Origin: a virus
Length of the DNA: 64,000 nt
Virus record (IMG/VR): IMGVR_UViG_3300010391_000273
Location: 34,576-98,575 of that record
Strand: one strand, 5' to 3'
Shown: positions 1 through 10,846 of the stretch, in pieces
How positions within the stretch are numbered: position 1 is the stretch's first letter
Layout: each line of letters begins with the position of its first letter
Position numbers and translations under genes: made by a program
The notes under the pieces: model-generated
What the model was told of the DNA's origin: nothing
The model's input: only the letters and a program-made list of their open reading frames with translations
Databases searched by the model: none

Positions 1-848
1 ATGTCATGGGTGAGTTTATCCAGCATGGGACGATCTTCACCTAGAACTGAGTCTTTGTCGGATTCCTTTAGTTTGAATCGCTGAACTGCATCTGCCCAAG
101 TGATTCGACCTGAACGCCCAATCCATGAGGCATTGTCAAAGTTTGAGCCTGTGAAGGTAATTGGCCATAGAAGATCGGCTGGAGAGAATCTTTGGGTTGA
201 AAATCTATGATCAAGAGTATAGGGGGTAGATTCCATGGGAATAGGTTGGCCGTTAAGTTGACCTGTTTGGAGTGCTTGTGCATGAAGGGCTGGAGGAAGT
301 TGAGACATATCGATCTTGGGGACATCTCGATCCTCTGTGATTGAGTCATAGGAGACAATAACTCCACAAATACCAGCAGCGTTAATACAATCTGGAAGGC
401 ACTCGTCCATAGCAGCTTCGATACCCGACTCTTTTAAATAGTCATTAAGTTTATGCTCAAACTTCGAGGACCATGGGGCTTGCTTTGGGAGGAGGTCATC
501 ACCATGATTAAGACGAATTTCTGGAACTTGGGAGAAGAGGGCTGCTTGCTTTGATTTGGTTAGACTCCAATCGAGGTTTACTGCGATTTGATCTTGATCG
601 TTCTGGGAGGCAAAGGGCTTACCTCTCCGATAGTCGATTGATATGGTCCATTGAGCAATGAGCTTGCGTCTATAGGACTTACAAAGATCGACTCTCTGAC
701 GGAACTCATCATTACGCTTCTTGACCTTCGGATCAACTGAAGGCTTAGGATCTTTGGGTTGGTTCTGGTCTGAAACTACCTGTTGAGCTGTTGTAGTAGG
801 ATCCGATCCTAGGGTGGAATCTGGGTTGGGGGAGATTGGTGGAAACAT
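1..848 (-). CDS. putative portal protein (5' part; runs off window edge)
   Basis: Open frame from ATG 848 (MFPPISPNPDST...WTISIDYRRGKPF...AVNLDWSLTKSKQAALFSQVPEIRL...) to the window edge; directly downstream of terL. Absent from the ORF track because it is truncated. Confidence 0.65.
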   Translation of the reverse strand, partial: MFPPISPNPDSTLGSDPTTTAQQVVSDQNQPKDPKPSVDPKVKKRNDEFRQRVDLCKSYRRKLIAQWTISIDYRRGKPFASQNDQDQIAVNLDWSLTKSKQAALFSQVPEIRLNHGDDLLPKQAPWSSKFEHKLNDYLKESGIEAAMDECLPDCINAAGICGVIVSYDSITEDRDVPKIDMSQLPPALHAQALQTGQLNGQPIPMESTPYTLDHRFSTQRFSPADLLWPITFTGSNFDNASWIGRSGRITWADAVQRFKLKESDKDSVLGEDRPMLDKLTHD

Positions 849-907
849 AGGTTATTTAGCCTTCTTTTTTACGTTAGAGTTAATAGTAGGATGATCAAAC
901 TTGATTG

Positions 908-3478
908 TTAATTGACCCTCGTTCGTACATTGTTGGATCCTAGGACATAACGCTCTTGGGTTTTTGGCTTCATCCAAGGTTTTGGACCCGAAAATTCAGT
1001 ACTTGAACGTCTTTCGTCTGAAGCATGGGACATGACATAGTAAGCAAGAGCTACAACCGCATGGTCGTCTTTGTGGTCTGCCATAAATTCTGGTCGCTTT
1101 TGATCATAGCGCATTTGGGGAAGGGTCCTAACTAGATAGGGACATCCCTGGTGGCCGTAAGCAAAGAACTGGATTCGTGGGAGGTTTTCTCCAGCTTCTT
1201 CGGCTAGGACATTATGGATAGCTGATGCAAAGACATCCCGTTTGTTAATGGAGCATTCCATAGGGATACCATTAATCTCATAAATCTCTTTAATGGTACG
1301 GATATCAGCTGTTGTGTTGATGTCCATGGAAGGATCACAATAAGTGATAGCTACTTTGAAAACTCCAAGGCGGATGTCTTCGTCTTTGATATCTTCTGCA
1401 ACTTGGGTGGCGGTGGTCTTGTACCAAATCTTCTCGTTGAAGACGATGTGCCTGTTTCCCAGGTGGGCTATCCATAGAACTACAGTAGGATCAGGGAACC
1501 AACCTGAATCGATAGCTCGATAGACAGTGGCATATTTAAGTATTTTGGGTAGGTCGAGTTCAGGAGTAACATGGTAGGGCTTTCCTTCTAAAGTAGGTTT
1601 AAAGTCGAATAGAGCGTTTTCCATCGAGAATTCACCATCTACCCAAGCCTTTCTGACATGGGCTGGGAGGCCGGAGAATCTCTTTTTATACTCTATGGGG
1701 AGATAAGGGTTGTCTTCCAGGTTGGCTTTAATGGCGTACCAATCAGCTGGATTGTAGTCACGATCTTCCTCTGGGTCAACAGTTTTGTCTATAAAGTATT
1801 CTTGAATCTTCTGAGCTGACATTCCCATAGGATTTGTTAGGGCTCTAACGAGGGCACCACAATTCATGTTAACAGGGGCTCGGACTGAAGAGGCCAGTTT
1901 TCTAAAGTGTTCCCATTCAAAGGTTGAGACCTCATCAAACAGGGCCAGATAGAACTCACCTCCGAGAAGGTTTAGTACGTCTTCTTCCGTATTACAGTGG
2001 GAGAAGAAACCTGCTGAACCATTAGAATAGGTTAAAATATGTTTAGTTTGATTGTAGGAGGCCCCTAGAAGTTTAGCCTCCCTAGGGATGGCATAAAGGT
2101 GGGTATTATGAGTTGGGATAGACGTGTATCCAATAAGGTATTGATGTGAAGGATGTTCTACTGCAATACACTTACAAATAGTGTCCTCGACTTGTTCACA
2201 CCCTATGATATAATGATTGCTTGTCGTTAATCTAGTAATTCTAGTTGATTTATAAGTCTCTAGATTTTTTAGTTTTCTAGGAAGTCTAAAAAGAGGTAAA
2301 GAACTTGTCCATTCAACTTTATAGGCTAATTGACAAACTGACCCATTTAACTTTGGTTGGTATTCTGTAATATTTGGTTTAAATCCAAGAGAAGACACTA
2401 ATATAAGAACTTGATAAGCAAGGTTTTTATTCGAATTATAGAAACCAATTAATCCATCTTTTCTTCCATGTCCATCTGTATCTAAAAGTCCTTGTAATAG
2501 AGCAAGCCTATTGTCATAACTACTTATAAGATAAGCTGCTGGAATATGCTTTTTATTTAAAAGCCCTTGAAGACGAAGTTGTTTTTGTAACCTTAGAATA
2601 CCATAACCATATTGATTTGATGGTTGTTTTCTAACTGTGTAACCAAGTTCCACAACGTGTTCAAATATCTCTGGGTCATTTGACGTGATTGCTCCACAGT
2701 CTGAAGAACCGTCACCAAGCCATACCCCTAGTACATAAGGATTTATAGGAAGGGGTTGATTATTCTGTGTTTGCCATGGTTTTGCAATAGGAATAGAGTG
2801 ATTGGCTCGTAAACCATCTTCAACTTTTAATGTATTAAAAATCTCTTGAGTAGTTCGTATTTTTGGTGATGAGTTAATATAGGTTCTGGATTGGGCACCA
2901 GACTGTATTCTCTGTTGGCCCGACCTTTCTCGATGATTTGAGGTGACCCACAAATGACCAGCACTTACAATAAAACTTTCTTTGTTGTCAAACGTTATTT
3001 TGTAGGTTCCTTGTACATCAACTTTAGGAACCGACATACCAATAATTGTCGTGGGAGATCCATCTGGAGCAAAAACTTGATCGCCAATTTCTAAGGTACC
3101 CATGGTTTTCATACCATTTGGTGTAGGAATTAGGGTGTCCAAACTACAGGCTTTTTCAAGCTCGGGGAAAGTCCTTCTTAGAATGACATACTTATAATCT
3201 GGAATAGAGAGAGCCCTAATATGAGCATCCCACCTACCAGTTGTGGACTTGGCAGAACCTCGACCACCATAGAAAAGGACGTTTTCTTCGGTACGTTGGT
3301 GATATTCTACACCTTTTTCGGTGGGAACATAAAGAACCTCATTACCAACGATAACACTACCAACATTACACCATTCACAATTAATAGATGGAGGAATAAA
3401 CTTATGCCTACCATCTGGAGAAGGCTTACAAATTTTAACTAGGGGGATTGTAGTAGGATAATATAGCTCGTTAGACAA
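908..3478 (-). CDS. terL: terminase large subunit, intein-containing
   Basis: Walker A GGRGSAKS, RRTFPEL, Walker B ALFDE, coupling motif TNP, nuclease AIDSGWFPDPT, C-terminal DDHAVVALAY. Confidence 0.95.
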   Translation of the reverse strand: MSNELYYPTTIPLVKICKPSPDGRHKFIPPSINCEWCNVGSVIVGNEVLYVPTEKGVEYHQRTEENVLFYGGRGSAKSTTGRWDAHIRALSIPDYKYVILRRTFPELEKACSLDTLIPTPNGMKTMGTLEIGDQVFAPDGSPTTIIGMSVPKVDVQGTYKITFDNKESFIVSAGHLWVTSNHRERSGQQRIQSGAQSRTYINSSPKIRTTQEIFNTLKVEDGLRANHSIPIAKPWQTQNNQPLPINPYVLGVWLGDGSSDCGAITSNDPEIFEHVVELGYTVRKQPSNQYGYGILRLQKQLRLQGLLNKKHIPAAYLISSYDNRLALLQGLLDTDGHGRKDGLIGFYNSNKNLAYQVLILVSSLGFKPNITEYQPKLNGSVCQLAYKVEWTSSLPLFRLPRKLKNLETYKSTRITRLTTSNHYIIGCEQVEDTICKCIAVEHPSHQYLIGYTSIPTHNTHLYAIPREAKLLGASYNQTKHILTYSNGSAGFFSHCNTEEDVLNLLGGEFYLALFDEVSTFEWEHFRKLASSVRAPVNMNCGALVRALTNPMGMSAQKIQEYFIDKTVDPEEDRDYNPADWYAIKANLEDNPYLPIEYKKRFSGLPAHVRKAWVDGEFSMENALFDFKPTLEGKPYHVTPELDLPKILKYATVYRAIDSGWFPDPTVVLWIAHLGNRHIVFNEKIWYKTTATQVAEDIKDEDIRLGVFKVAITYCDPSMDINTTADIRTIKEIYEINGIPMECSINKRDVFASAIHNVLAEEAGENLPRIQFFAYGHQGCPYLVRTLPQMRYDQKRPEFMADHKDDHAVVALAYYVMSHASDERRSSTEFSGPKPWMKPKTQERYVLGSNNVRTRVN
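2105..3151 (-). mobile_element. class-3 intein with LAGLIDADG homing endonuclease, in terL
   Basis: Starts Ala (ACSLDTLIPTPNG), block B GHLW, block F CKCIAV, ends IPTHN|T. LAGLIDADG motifs PYVLGVWLGDG and LLQGLLDTDG. Splicing restores RRTFPELEK-THLY. Confidence 0.92.
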
Positions 3479-3821
3479 CCTTTAGAACCTCAGCTTCAAT
3501 AACGTGGGGAGGGAGTTCTTTTGGTATGTTTTTATTGGGGCCTAATTGAATTCCTATTTGGATTACAGGCACTTGTTTACCCTCAATTTCCTTAGGTTTG
3601 GCAGCTGAGGAGTCGATCATGCGATCCCCCTCTTCATGTGGCATATGCTCGATGAGCTTCCATAGGACTTCTTCAGCGACCTCTAACTTACCTTCTGACT
3701 TAGCTTGGGCTGCTAACTCCATATAGGCTTCAAAAATCTCTTCAGCTCTCTCCCTTAGGAGTTCTCTAGCCACTTTAACTTTAGGGAAGTATTCACGTTT
3801 TTCACCCTTTTTAGTTAGCAT
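3471..3821 (-). CDS. putative terminase small subunit
   Basis: 116 aa helical protein immediately upstream of and overlapping terL; SD GGAG. Call is positional. Confidence 0.55.
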   Translation of the reverse strand: MLTKKGEKREYFPKVKVARELLRERAEEIFEAYMELAAQAKSEGKLEVAEEVLWKLIEHMPHEEGDRMIDSSAAKPKEIEGKQVPVIQIGIQLGPNKNIPKELPPHVIEAEVLKVV

Positions 3822-3835
3822 TGGTTTCCGCTCCC

Positions 3836-3859
3836 CTTACGATCATGCATGATCATTAG
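3836..3859. promoter_or_regulatory. dispersed palindromic operator (consensus CTTACGATCATGCATGATCGTAAG), representative copy
   Basis: Related copies or half-sites at about 4019, 4033, 4231-4270, 12678, 12855, 18746, 31927, 36418, 36843, 39091 and 39549; almost all intergenic or at gene boundaries. Confidence 0.7.
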
Positions 3860-4342
3860 GAATTTTGCATGATCAGGTTTATGACTATACATTCTTAACC
3901 TTTTTGACCTTTATCTCTTGACTATTAAGATTAGGCTTTCTGGGACCTGTAGCGTGGCCCTCGGGCTTTCGAGAGATACGATCGAGTTGAATGAGAAGAA
4001 AGGTGGCTAGGGTCATTGCTTACAATCATGCACTTACGATTATGGGGAGCTCCCGCCATATTTGCGATCAAGCGCCGCAGGCTATGAGGTTTGGTTATAA
4101 GCCCTTTGACAATCTCAGGCTTATATAAAGAGCCTCAATAATGTAGTTTCCGTCCATACTTAAATGGTACCAAACTATACCGACTCAACCACCCTACGGG
4201 GTCGGACTGTAGGGCACCCGACAAGCCATGTTTACGATCATGCTCCTACGATCAGGCCTATGATCATGCTTAATCATTAGGTATCTTGCATAATAGTTGA
4301 AAAAGGGATTGTCAAGGGAAAAGTAGTCTATCTATAAACAAT

Positions 4343-4371
4343 ATAGTACATAGATAAACCTTCATTGTCAA
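4343..4371 (-). promoter_or_regulatory. sigma70-type promoter facing the packaging genes
   Basis: TTGACA-17 nt-TACTAT on the minus strand with an AT-rich upstream tract. Confidence 0.6.
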
Positions 4372-4847
4372 GTTTTATTTATTTTTTTTTAGTTTATATG
4401 TGGACAAAGCTTCTCGTAGGATCCTATTTTTAGTTTAGGTTTGGTCTTAAAGGGCTTAGAATCAACAAGTTAGCTATATGGGCTACTGTCACTTTAGATC
4501 CTAAAACTTGAGAAACAGGATCACGCTTCTACCCCCAGCGGACTCGAACGTACTCTAACGTACTCCAACGACACGCCCGAAAGTGGCGCACGCAAGGCTC
4601 CCGCCCATAGAGTACCTAAGAGTCATATCAAACCCTAGCCCTTCCGAGGGTGTCAACACTACAAATAGTCCTTTAGAGTCGTATGGCCCCGCCTGGTCGG
4701 CTAGGTCGAGGGCAAAGCGATCACCCAATCACGCACCCTTCGGCACGCAGCACCTGGCCCTTGGGGGGCAAAGCAAAAGGGGCCGACGAGCTCCAAGGCC
4801 CATCGACCCCCTCTCCAGACCGCCGGCGTAACCCGTTACCTCGTTAC

Positions 4848-5042
4848 CTACTCAGTTATCGATTGCACGACGGCCCGCAGCGCGAAACTGACCAGGGTCA
4901 TTGCTGCGAACCAACAGCCCAGGACAAACGGAACCGCAATCAACCACGCAACGACCGTTGTCATTCGTTCGCCCATAGATCCCTCTCGCCACACCCGTTG
5001 TTGCTCAGCCCAAAACACCGCATCATCGACTTGTTCGCTCAC
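4848..5042 (-). CDS. small membrane protein, hypothetical
   Basis: GTG start with GGGGG SD; hydrophobic C-terminal half; coupled to 5039..5230. Confidence 0.4.
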   Translation of the reverse strand: MSEQVDDAVFWAEQQRVWREGSMGERMTTVVAWLIAVPFVLGCWFAAMTLVSFALRAVVQSITE

Positions 5043-5230
5043 GACTGACCCCCTTCTCTCCGAACCCGCTTCACTTCGAGCAGCGCGACCTTGAATCGTA
5101 ATAGCTCGCGACCCTGCAACCATCGATACAGCAGCCTCGCAACCTCGCACGCTTCATCCGCCCGACCCAGCTTGATCTCCCTTCTCACACGCCCGACGAG
5201 AAACCAAAACATCATATCCTCTATCATCAT
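5039..5230 (-). CDS. hypothetical protein
   Basis: SD GGGGGA before ATG; overlaps the next gene's start. Confidence 0.45.
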   Translation of the reverse strand: MMIEDMMFWFLVGRVRREIKLGRADEACEVARLLYRWLQGRELLRFKVALLEVKRVRREGGQS

Positions 5231-5330
5231 TCCCCCCTGTCAAACCATCGCGGATTGATCGTCACGTTCCCGAGCCAACCAAATTTTTCCAGCCTTGCCC
5301 GCCACCAGCCGACCCAATCACACATACCAG

Positions 5331-6467
5331 TCATCGTCCGCCCCCCGCACCGTCTAGCCCCAATCCCTCAAACGCCCGCACGACATCGGCCCGCTGATAC
5401 CCCTTCAGCGCCTTTCCCGCCACCTTGACGGTCCTCGGAGCTAACCCATGACGCGATACCAAAGACGCCAGCATTTCAGCCGTCAGCCCACCCCGGAACA
5501 CACCCCACGGCGACATCGCCCGCAACCGACCGACGATATCTGCACTGAACATCGCCCGCCCGACGAACAGCGCCATGACATCACGCACAGCCCGCTCGCC
5601 ATACGCCAGCGTAACCACCGCTTGCTCGTCTTCGTGGATTTCATTGCGCCTACGCGGCTCAGTCTTGACCGCCGCCTGATTGATCGCCCAATTTTCAAGG
5701 CGCGCCATCATCGCGACATCACACCCAAGCCAATTCGCAAGCCCGAGCATCGATCCCCAAATCTCCCGATCCCGCGCATCCAACCGTTCCGAGAACACCG
5801 GGCCGATAGCGTGCTCGCCAGTCGAGAGCACCGCCTGTATCTGCCCGCTCAACACCTGCCCCTCATGCTCTGCTACCTCCGGCAGATATTCCCGCGCCGG
5901 TCGCCCACGCTCAAGCGTCATCACAATCGACCGCCCCCGCGCAGTCTCATCAAGATCACCAATCAACGCAAAAGCCCACACGCTGTAGCTCCGGTATTCG
6001 ACCGTGCCACTGGCCCCACTTGCGCGGCCAATCGTATCGCCACGCCGATAGCCGCTATTGATCACTTCTGAAAAAAACTTGTTCCCCCTCGTTTCCGCTT
6101 CATCCCATAGCTGACTACAACGCCCATCGGCCTCAGCAATCCGACGCAGAATGAACGCCGGAGACGGTCCAACACCTTTCCACGGCCTACGAACCAGTAA
6201 CCGAACCAATTCCAAAACACGCGACTTGCCCGCACCCTTGACCGCTGCCGTAACCGCGAGAAACGGCCACGCATAGAACCGGTCGAAAACCCAAGACCCC
6301 ACACACCACAACGCCAGCACCAACGGCAGATCCTTATCGCCGGTCGCTACATACCCGCTGATCCACGACGCCACAGCTTCAAGCAACTTTTGACCGTTCG
6401 ATTTTTCCACTTCAGCCCCCAAACTTGACACAATCGCCACTGATAACAGGAGCAAACAGCATACCAC
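5331..6467 (-). CDS. DUF3631-family P-loop protein (primase/helicase-associated); true start probably GTG 6410
   Basis: LALW..., P-loop AVKGAGKSRVLE, WDEAE, INSGYRRG, RGRSIVMTLER, C-terminal KGYQRAD. Confidence 0.7.
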   Translation of the reverse strand: MVCCLLLLSVAIVSSLGAEVEKSNGQKLLEAVASWISGYVATGDKDLPLVLALWCVGSWVFDRFYAWPFLAVTAAVKGAGKSRVLELVRLLVRRPWKGVGPSPAFILRRIAEADGRCSQLWDEAETRGNKFFSEVINSGYRRGDTIGRASGASGTVEYRSYSVWAFALIGDLDETARGRSIVMTLERGRPAREYLPEVAEHEGQVLSGQIQAVLSTGEHAIGPVFSERLDARDREIWGSMLGLANWLGCDVAMMARLENWAINQAAVKTEPRRRNEIHEDEQAVVTLAYGERAVRDVMALFVGRAMFSADIVGRLRAMSPWGVFRGGLTAEMLASLVSRHGLAPRTVKVAGKALKGYQRADVVRAFEGLGLDGAGGGR

Positions 6468-6921
6468 ACAAAACCCCTGCTAACCCCTTGCATAATCGCC
6501 CTTAGACCCCTCTCATTGTGTCCTGTTTTTCACCCTATGTCCCAAAATAGCCCAGCAAGCAAACTGCATACCGGAACCAAAGCGAACACATAGCGAAAAT
6601 TCCCCGCCCACAGCTCACAAAAAACTGACCAAAAACAGCCCAATTTCCACCAGCTCACAAGACCGACCGAACGTCCGTAAACCATTGCATATCGACCAAG
6701 CACCCAGACCAGAACCCTACTCGCACGAGCGCCGGCAGAACCTCGCGCCTACCCGCCGCGCCACCCGATACCCCGTTACCTTTGGTCGCTTGCCGAAGCT
6801 TTTCCCCCCTCGCGCCCGGACGCCACACAACCCCGGCAAGGCGTCTAGCTGGCCCGCTACGCCCCGAACGCAGGCCGAGCGCCCCATCAGTCGGACCCCA
6901 AAAAAAAATCGTTAAAACCCC

Positions 6922-6950
6922 TTGACAGCCCATTTCGCAAGGCGCATACT
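6922..6950 (+). promoter_or_regulatory. strong sigma70-type early promoter
   Basis: TTGACA-17 nt-CATACT preceded by an A-tract (UP element); heads the long plus-strand region. Confidence 0.75.
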
Positions 6951-7092
6951 CCGTGAGTCAGTTCGGAACGGGGCGACGAAACGCCAAAGACGCCAGCGGC
7001 AAGACAGCGCGGCAACCTAAGCGAAGCTATACCCCAAACCGAATCATCTCAACAAACCGGGCTAACAGCCCAAACATCAGGAGAACATCACC

Positions 7093-7599
7093 ATGATCGA
7101 CGGAAACAACGACGAGACTCTGACAATCGGTGCCGCGCCGACGCCCCTGCACACTATCGCGGATCTCTTCTCTGGCGTGATCTTCATGACGCCCGCACGC
7201 CCCGAACCCTATACTTTCACCAACGGCACGAAGAGAACGCCGCTGGCCGATGTGCTGTTCGAACTCGGAAACACCGGGATCACCCTGAGCGGTGCTCAGA
7301 TCGTGGACGAGCAGAACCCGAAGCGCGGACGCTCGATTCAACTCCGACTCCCGAACAAGGGCAAGGTCGGCGGTTATGATCCGCTGTTCATGGCGGAATC
7401 AGAACGGGACAAGGCGGCATTCATCGCGTTTCACAAGGACGTAGTTTCCAAGTGGGCTACGTGGCGCCGTGAGCAGGTTCTCGCCGGAACGACCGTTCGA
7501 CCGAGCGAAATCAAGGCTGACGCCGTGGTTTACTCTGACGACGACCTGATCAGCCTTGGACTGATGGAGGCAAACACACCCAAGCCGGCAGCCGTCTAA
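7093..7599 (+). CDS. hypothetical early protein
   Basis: AGGAG SD; first ORF after the promoter; 168 aa. Confidence 0.75.
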   Translation: MIDGNNDETLTIGAAPTPLHTIADLFSGVIFMTPARPEPYTFTNGTKRTPLADVLFELGNTGITLSGAQIVDEQNPKRGRSIQLRLPNKGKVGGYDPLFMAESERDKAAFIAFHKDVVSKWATWRREQVLAGTTVRPSEIKADAVVYSDDDLISLGLMEANTPKPAAV

Positions 7600-7671
7600 A
7601 GACCGTCGAAAGGTGGACCGGAGCTTAGGTTCCGGTCTATCTTTGGACACGTCTTAGACAAGGTTTCCCTT

Positions 7672-8292
7672 ATGGCTAACCCCTTTAACGGATCAGCACA
7701 TGGCAAGCGCGACGGTTCAGTCTATCGAGCTTCCAAGACTGCCGACCGTGTGTTAGACATGCGTCCCGCTGCCACCCGCAAGGCTCACCCATTGTACCAG
7801 CCTGATAGCGCCCCCTCGACTTGGACGGCAACCGAAAGCGCCGGTCTAGCATGGCAGTGCAATCAAGAAATCGAGGAAACCCGCGAAACACATGGCGACA
7901 TTCGACGCCGCAGCCTAACCGAGTCAGCACACCTCGAACAGCGAACCGAGCAGCTAGACTTTGGTGTCAGGCGCGAACGTCGTATCGTCCGCAGGTGGAA
8001 CGGCTACAAAGCCGAGTGGGAACCAGTTTTCAACGCCGACGGTTCCCCATGTTGGGTTAAAGGTATGCCCGAGGCGGAAGGTTGGATTGAAAACCCGCGC
8101 CTACTATGGAAGTCTGACAAAACCCTGTTACGTCAAGGACATCCAGACCAAGCACCCAAAGACATCAAACGTATCGACCCCTACACCAAACAAATCATTC
8201 GAGACGAACAAGAACGGTCCGCAGTCGAAGAAGTGCCGATCATGGACAACCTCGAAATCGACCGCTTGAACCTCGACTACAACGACCTTTAG
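7672..8292 (+). CDS. hypothetical protein
   Basis: AAGG SD; 206 aa; colinear with neighbours. Confidence 0.65.
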   Translation: MANPFNGSAHGKRDGSVYRASKTADRVLDMRPAATRKAHPLYQPDSAPSTWTATESAGLAWQCNQEIEETRETHGDIRRRSLTESAHLEQRTEQLDFGVRRERRIVRRWNGYKAEWEPVFNADGSPCWVKGMPEAEGWIENPRLLWKSDKTLLRQGHPDQAPKDIKRIDPYTKQIIRDEQERSAVEEVPIMDNLEIDRLNLDYNDL

Positions 8293-8321
8293 CCGTTACC
8301 CCGTTACCATTTCGGTTCAAA

Positions 8322-8945
8322 ATGACCAAAACACCACTATTGCTGTACTCAAGGGAAGTAGGCTTTTCCCGCTCCCGCGATGAGGCGATGCGTAATGAGG
8401 TGAAGTCAGTCCATAACCATAGTGGACTAACTAACACGACATCAGCAATCAAAACCAGAATCGCTAAGGTGACTGAATCGTTAGCAACTGGCGAGCGTCT
8501 ATATGCGAAGGACGCAGACACACCAACAGCCGATCAGGGTGGACTACTCGCGGATCGCAAGGTTCAGGCCGAAGCTAGATTGAGAGAAGTAGAGATCAGA
8601 AGCGATCAGGAATTTTCCGAGCTAGTCTCAAAGTGGGAAGAGAAATTTCCCCCGGTAAACACGTTAGGACCAATCACGCCCGGCCTAATCAACGATTTAG
8701 GATTGGATCCGACAATCGTTTTCCCGGCTGGCCCATGTTGCACATTCTGCGGTAAGTCGGTCGAAGAAGTGCATGCAACACATGGCCGCCGACCCCTTCG
8801 TAAGGTCAGTGTGACCGAAGAAATTATCGTCGCGGGCAAGCTGATCACAACGACTAAAATCGTCCACACGACCGATAAACAGCTTGCTTGCCCCGATTGT
8901 TGCCTGAAGATCACCGATACCATGTTCAAAAGTCAAAGGACATAA
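8322..8945 (+). CDS. hypothetical Zn-finger protein
   Basis: CTFC...CPDC pairs; colinear. Confidence 0.6.
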   Translation: MTKTPLLLYSREVGFSRSRDEAMRNEVKSVHNHSGLTNTTSAIKTRIAKVTESLATGERLYAKDADTPTADQGGLLADRKVQAEARLREVEIRSDQEFSELVSKWEEKFPPVNTLGPITPGLINDLGLDPTIVFPAGPCCTFCGKSVEEVHATHGRRPLRKVSVTEEIIVAGKLITTTKIVHTTDKQLACPDCCLKITDTMFKSQRT

Positions 8946-9101
8946 CGCTCATGGATCAACCACACTGTTACTACTGCCACTCCACCCATACCACGTGGAA
9001 TGATCGGTTCCGTTGTTACCTCTGCCACCATTGCTATCTCAAACTGGAAGATGATCGAAGACGACCAGGAATAGTAGACATGAGGTAACACCCAAGTAAT
9101 C

Positions 9102-9293
9102 ATGACAATTTACAGAATGGGGCCTAAAGTGAACGAGAAGACCTTTCCAGTAAACATCGGCCAGGACGAGCGGGACATGATCACGTCAATCCAGAACAAG
9201 ATTGAGGTGAACATGGGCTACAAGGTCACTCAGCGAGCCGTGGTCACTCGTGCGATTCGCAAGATGCACGAAGAGATTTTTCAGAAAACTTGA
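9102..9293 (+). CDS. small putative DNA-binding (ribbon-helix-helix-like) protein
   Basis: KTFPVNI strand followed by two helices (VTQRAVVTRAIRK). Confidence 0.4.
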   Translation: MTIYRMGPKVNEKTFPVNIGQDERDMITSIQNKIEVNMGYKVTQRAVVTRAIRKMHEEIFQKT

Positions 9294-10846
9294 TTGTCGT
9301 ACCACAGTCTCTGAAGATGGCGGACCTCATGTGTACGACCCACAAGGATTACGTCATCGCGCCGTTTGATTGCCCAGGATGCACCCATGAGGCGCTCGCG
9401 CGCATGCAGACCCTTGCACCACACGATGCGGTGGACGACCTCGCAGAGACAGTCGCGGTGCCCACTATCTGTTGCTGTGATGAGGACGTCACGGAACCAG
9501 ATGGGTCGTACATAGGCACCAAGGGGTGCATGCACGATCCGCCAGCACCCTTCTCCTTAAAACACGACGATTAAGCCAACGGATGAGGTCAAGTCATGCT
9601 GTGGCGAAAGATGAAGGATCGCGGCGGGAAAATGTCCTCGGTGTGGAGATGCCCCAAGTGTAAACAGTGGAAAGTCGAGCTTCTAGCTGAGGCCTGTCAC
9701 GCTTTGATAGAGTTCGACAAGGGGATAGATGAGAACAACCCTCTACCTAAGTAGGAGTACAAGGATGATCATCGAACTTGCGAACGGTGTAAAGGTTGCT
9801 ACTAAAAGAGCTTCCAAGATCACATTTAGGAAGATCGGGCTTCCCGGTTGGTGGCGGTGGTATCTCATCTACGATGCAAAGGGTGGGCAAAGCCGCAGTT
9901 TAGTAACCGTTCGTAGTATACAATCAATCAAAGGAGGAACTGATTATAGTCATTTCTTGGGAAGAAAAGAAAGTTCCTGTAAGTCGTAAACGTAGGGGTT
10001 ACATAGACTTAGAACTATGAAACTCTCAAAAGATCACGCCATTCGAATTGCTGTCTCTCATCTCAAGGGAGTTGATCGAGACGCCGAGATACTTCGCTTG
10101 TGTAAACACCCCAGGCAAATCATGCGGGCAGCCCAGATCAAGATCATCTTGATTCGTCGGATGAAGGGTGTAAGAAAAGAGCACAAGCATAACCTTAACC
10201 CTTCGCATAAGTCATTGAGGTCTTAAGCTATGTGGACACTACTTAATCAAAGTGGAACCTTGACATGTGGCATCTTTGAAACTGAGGAAGATGCCATCGA
10301 CTGGTCAGAGAGGTTCCTTCCCAGTTTAGGTTTGATCCCAGTTGAACTCCTTATCTCAAAAGAGATGAAAATGAACATCACCATAACTACATGGGAAGGG
10401 CAAGCCCATACTTTCCCCACACCCCTGAGCATTAACTAGGATCAGGCTACAAGAGAGAACAAATCGCAAAGAGGAAGCAGGTTAGATCATGATTCTTCCA
10501 GGCTGGTCCTTTCCTATATCTCCAGAATTAGAGAAAGCCATCAACGATGGGATAGTCACGACTGAGTAGAACGCGAAGGAAAAGTTTACCTACGTAAAAG
10601 GTAAGTATGTAAATGCTCATGGGATCGTGATTGAGTTTCAATATGGAATATGAAGTAGTCGAGAGCGACTTCGAACCTGGTGTATGGAAAGTTGAAGTCC
10701 ATGACCATAGGAGCGGTGATTGCTATATCACAAACTTCTACGGTCCCAAGTCAAAGGAACGCGCCGTGGAGTATCTGGTGTTCAAAATAAAAACCTCCGC
10801 GCCATCTGACGTATTCCACGCTGTCATGTGAAAGAGGCTATTCTAA

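Noticed and set aside
68-367. 99-aa ORF from the track
   Set aside because: Alternative frame inside the longer portal-like ORF 1..848.
5448-6071. 207-aa plus-strand ORF and many other antisense ORFs
   Set aside because: Antisense shadows of well-supported genes, with low-complexity translations and no motifs.
7596-7650. c-di-GMP-I riboswitch-like CCGTC-GAAA-GGTGG hairpin
   Set aside because: Lacks the GGCAAA and GACGCAAAG context and the tetraloop receptor; more likely a generic intergenic stem or terminator.
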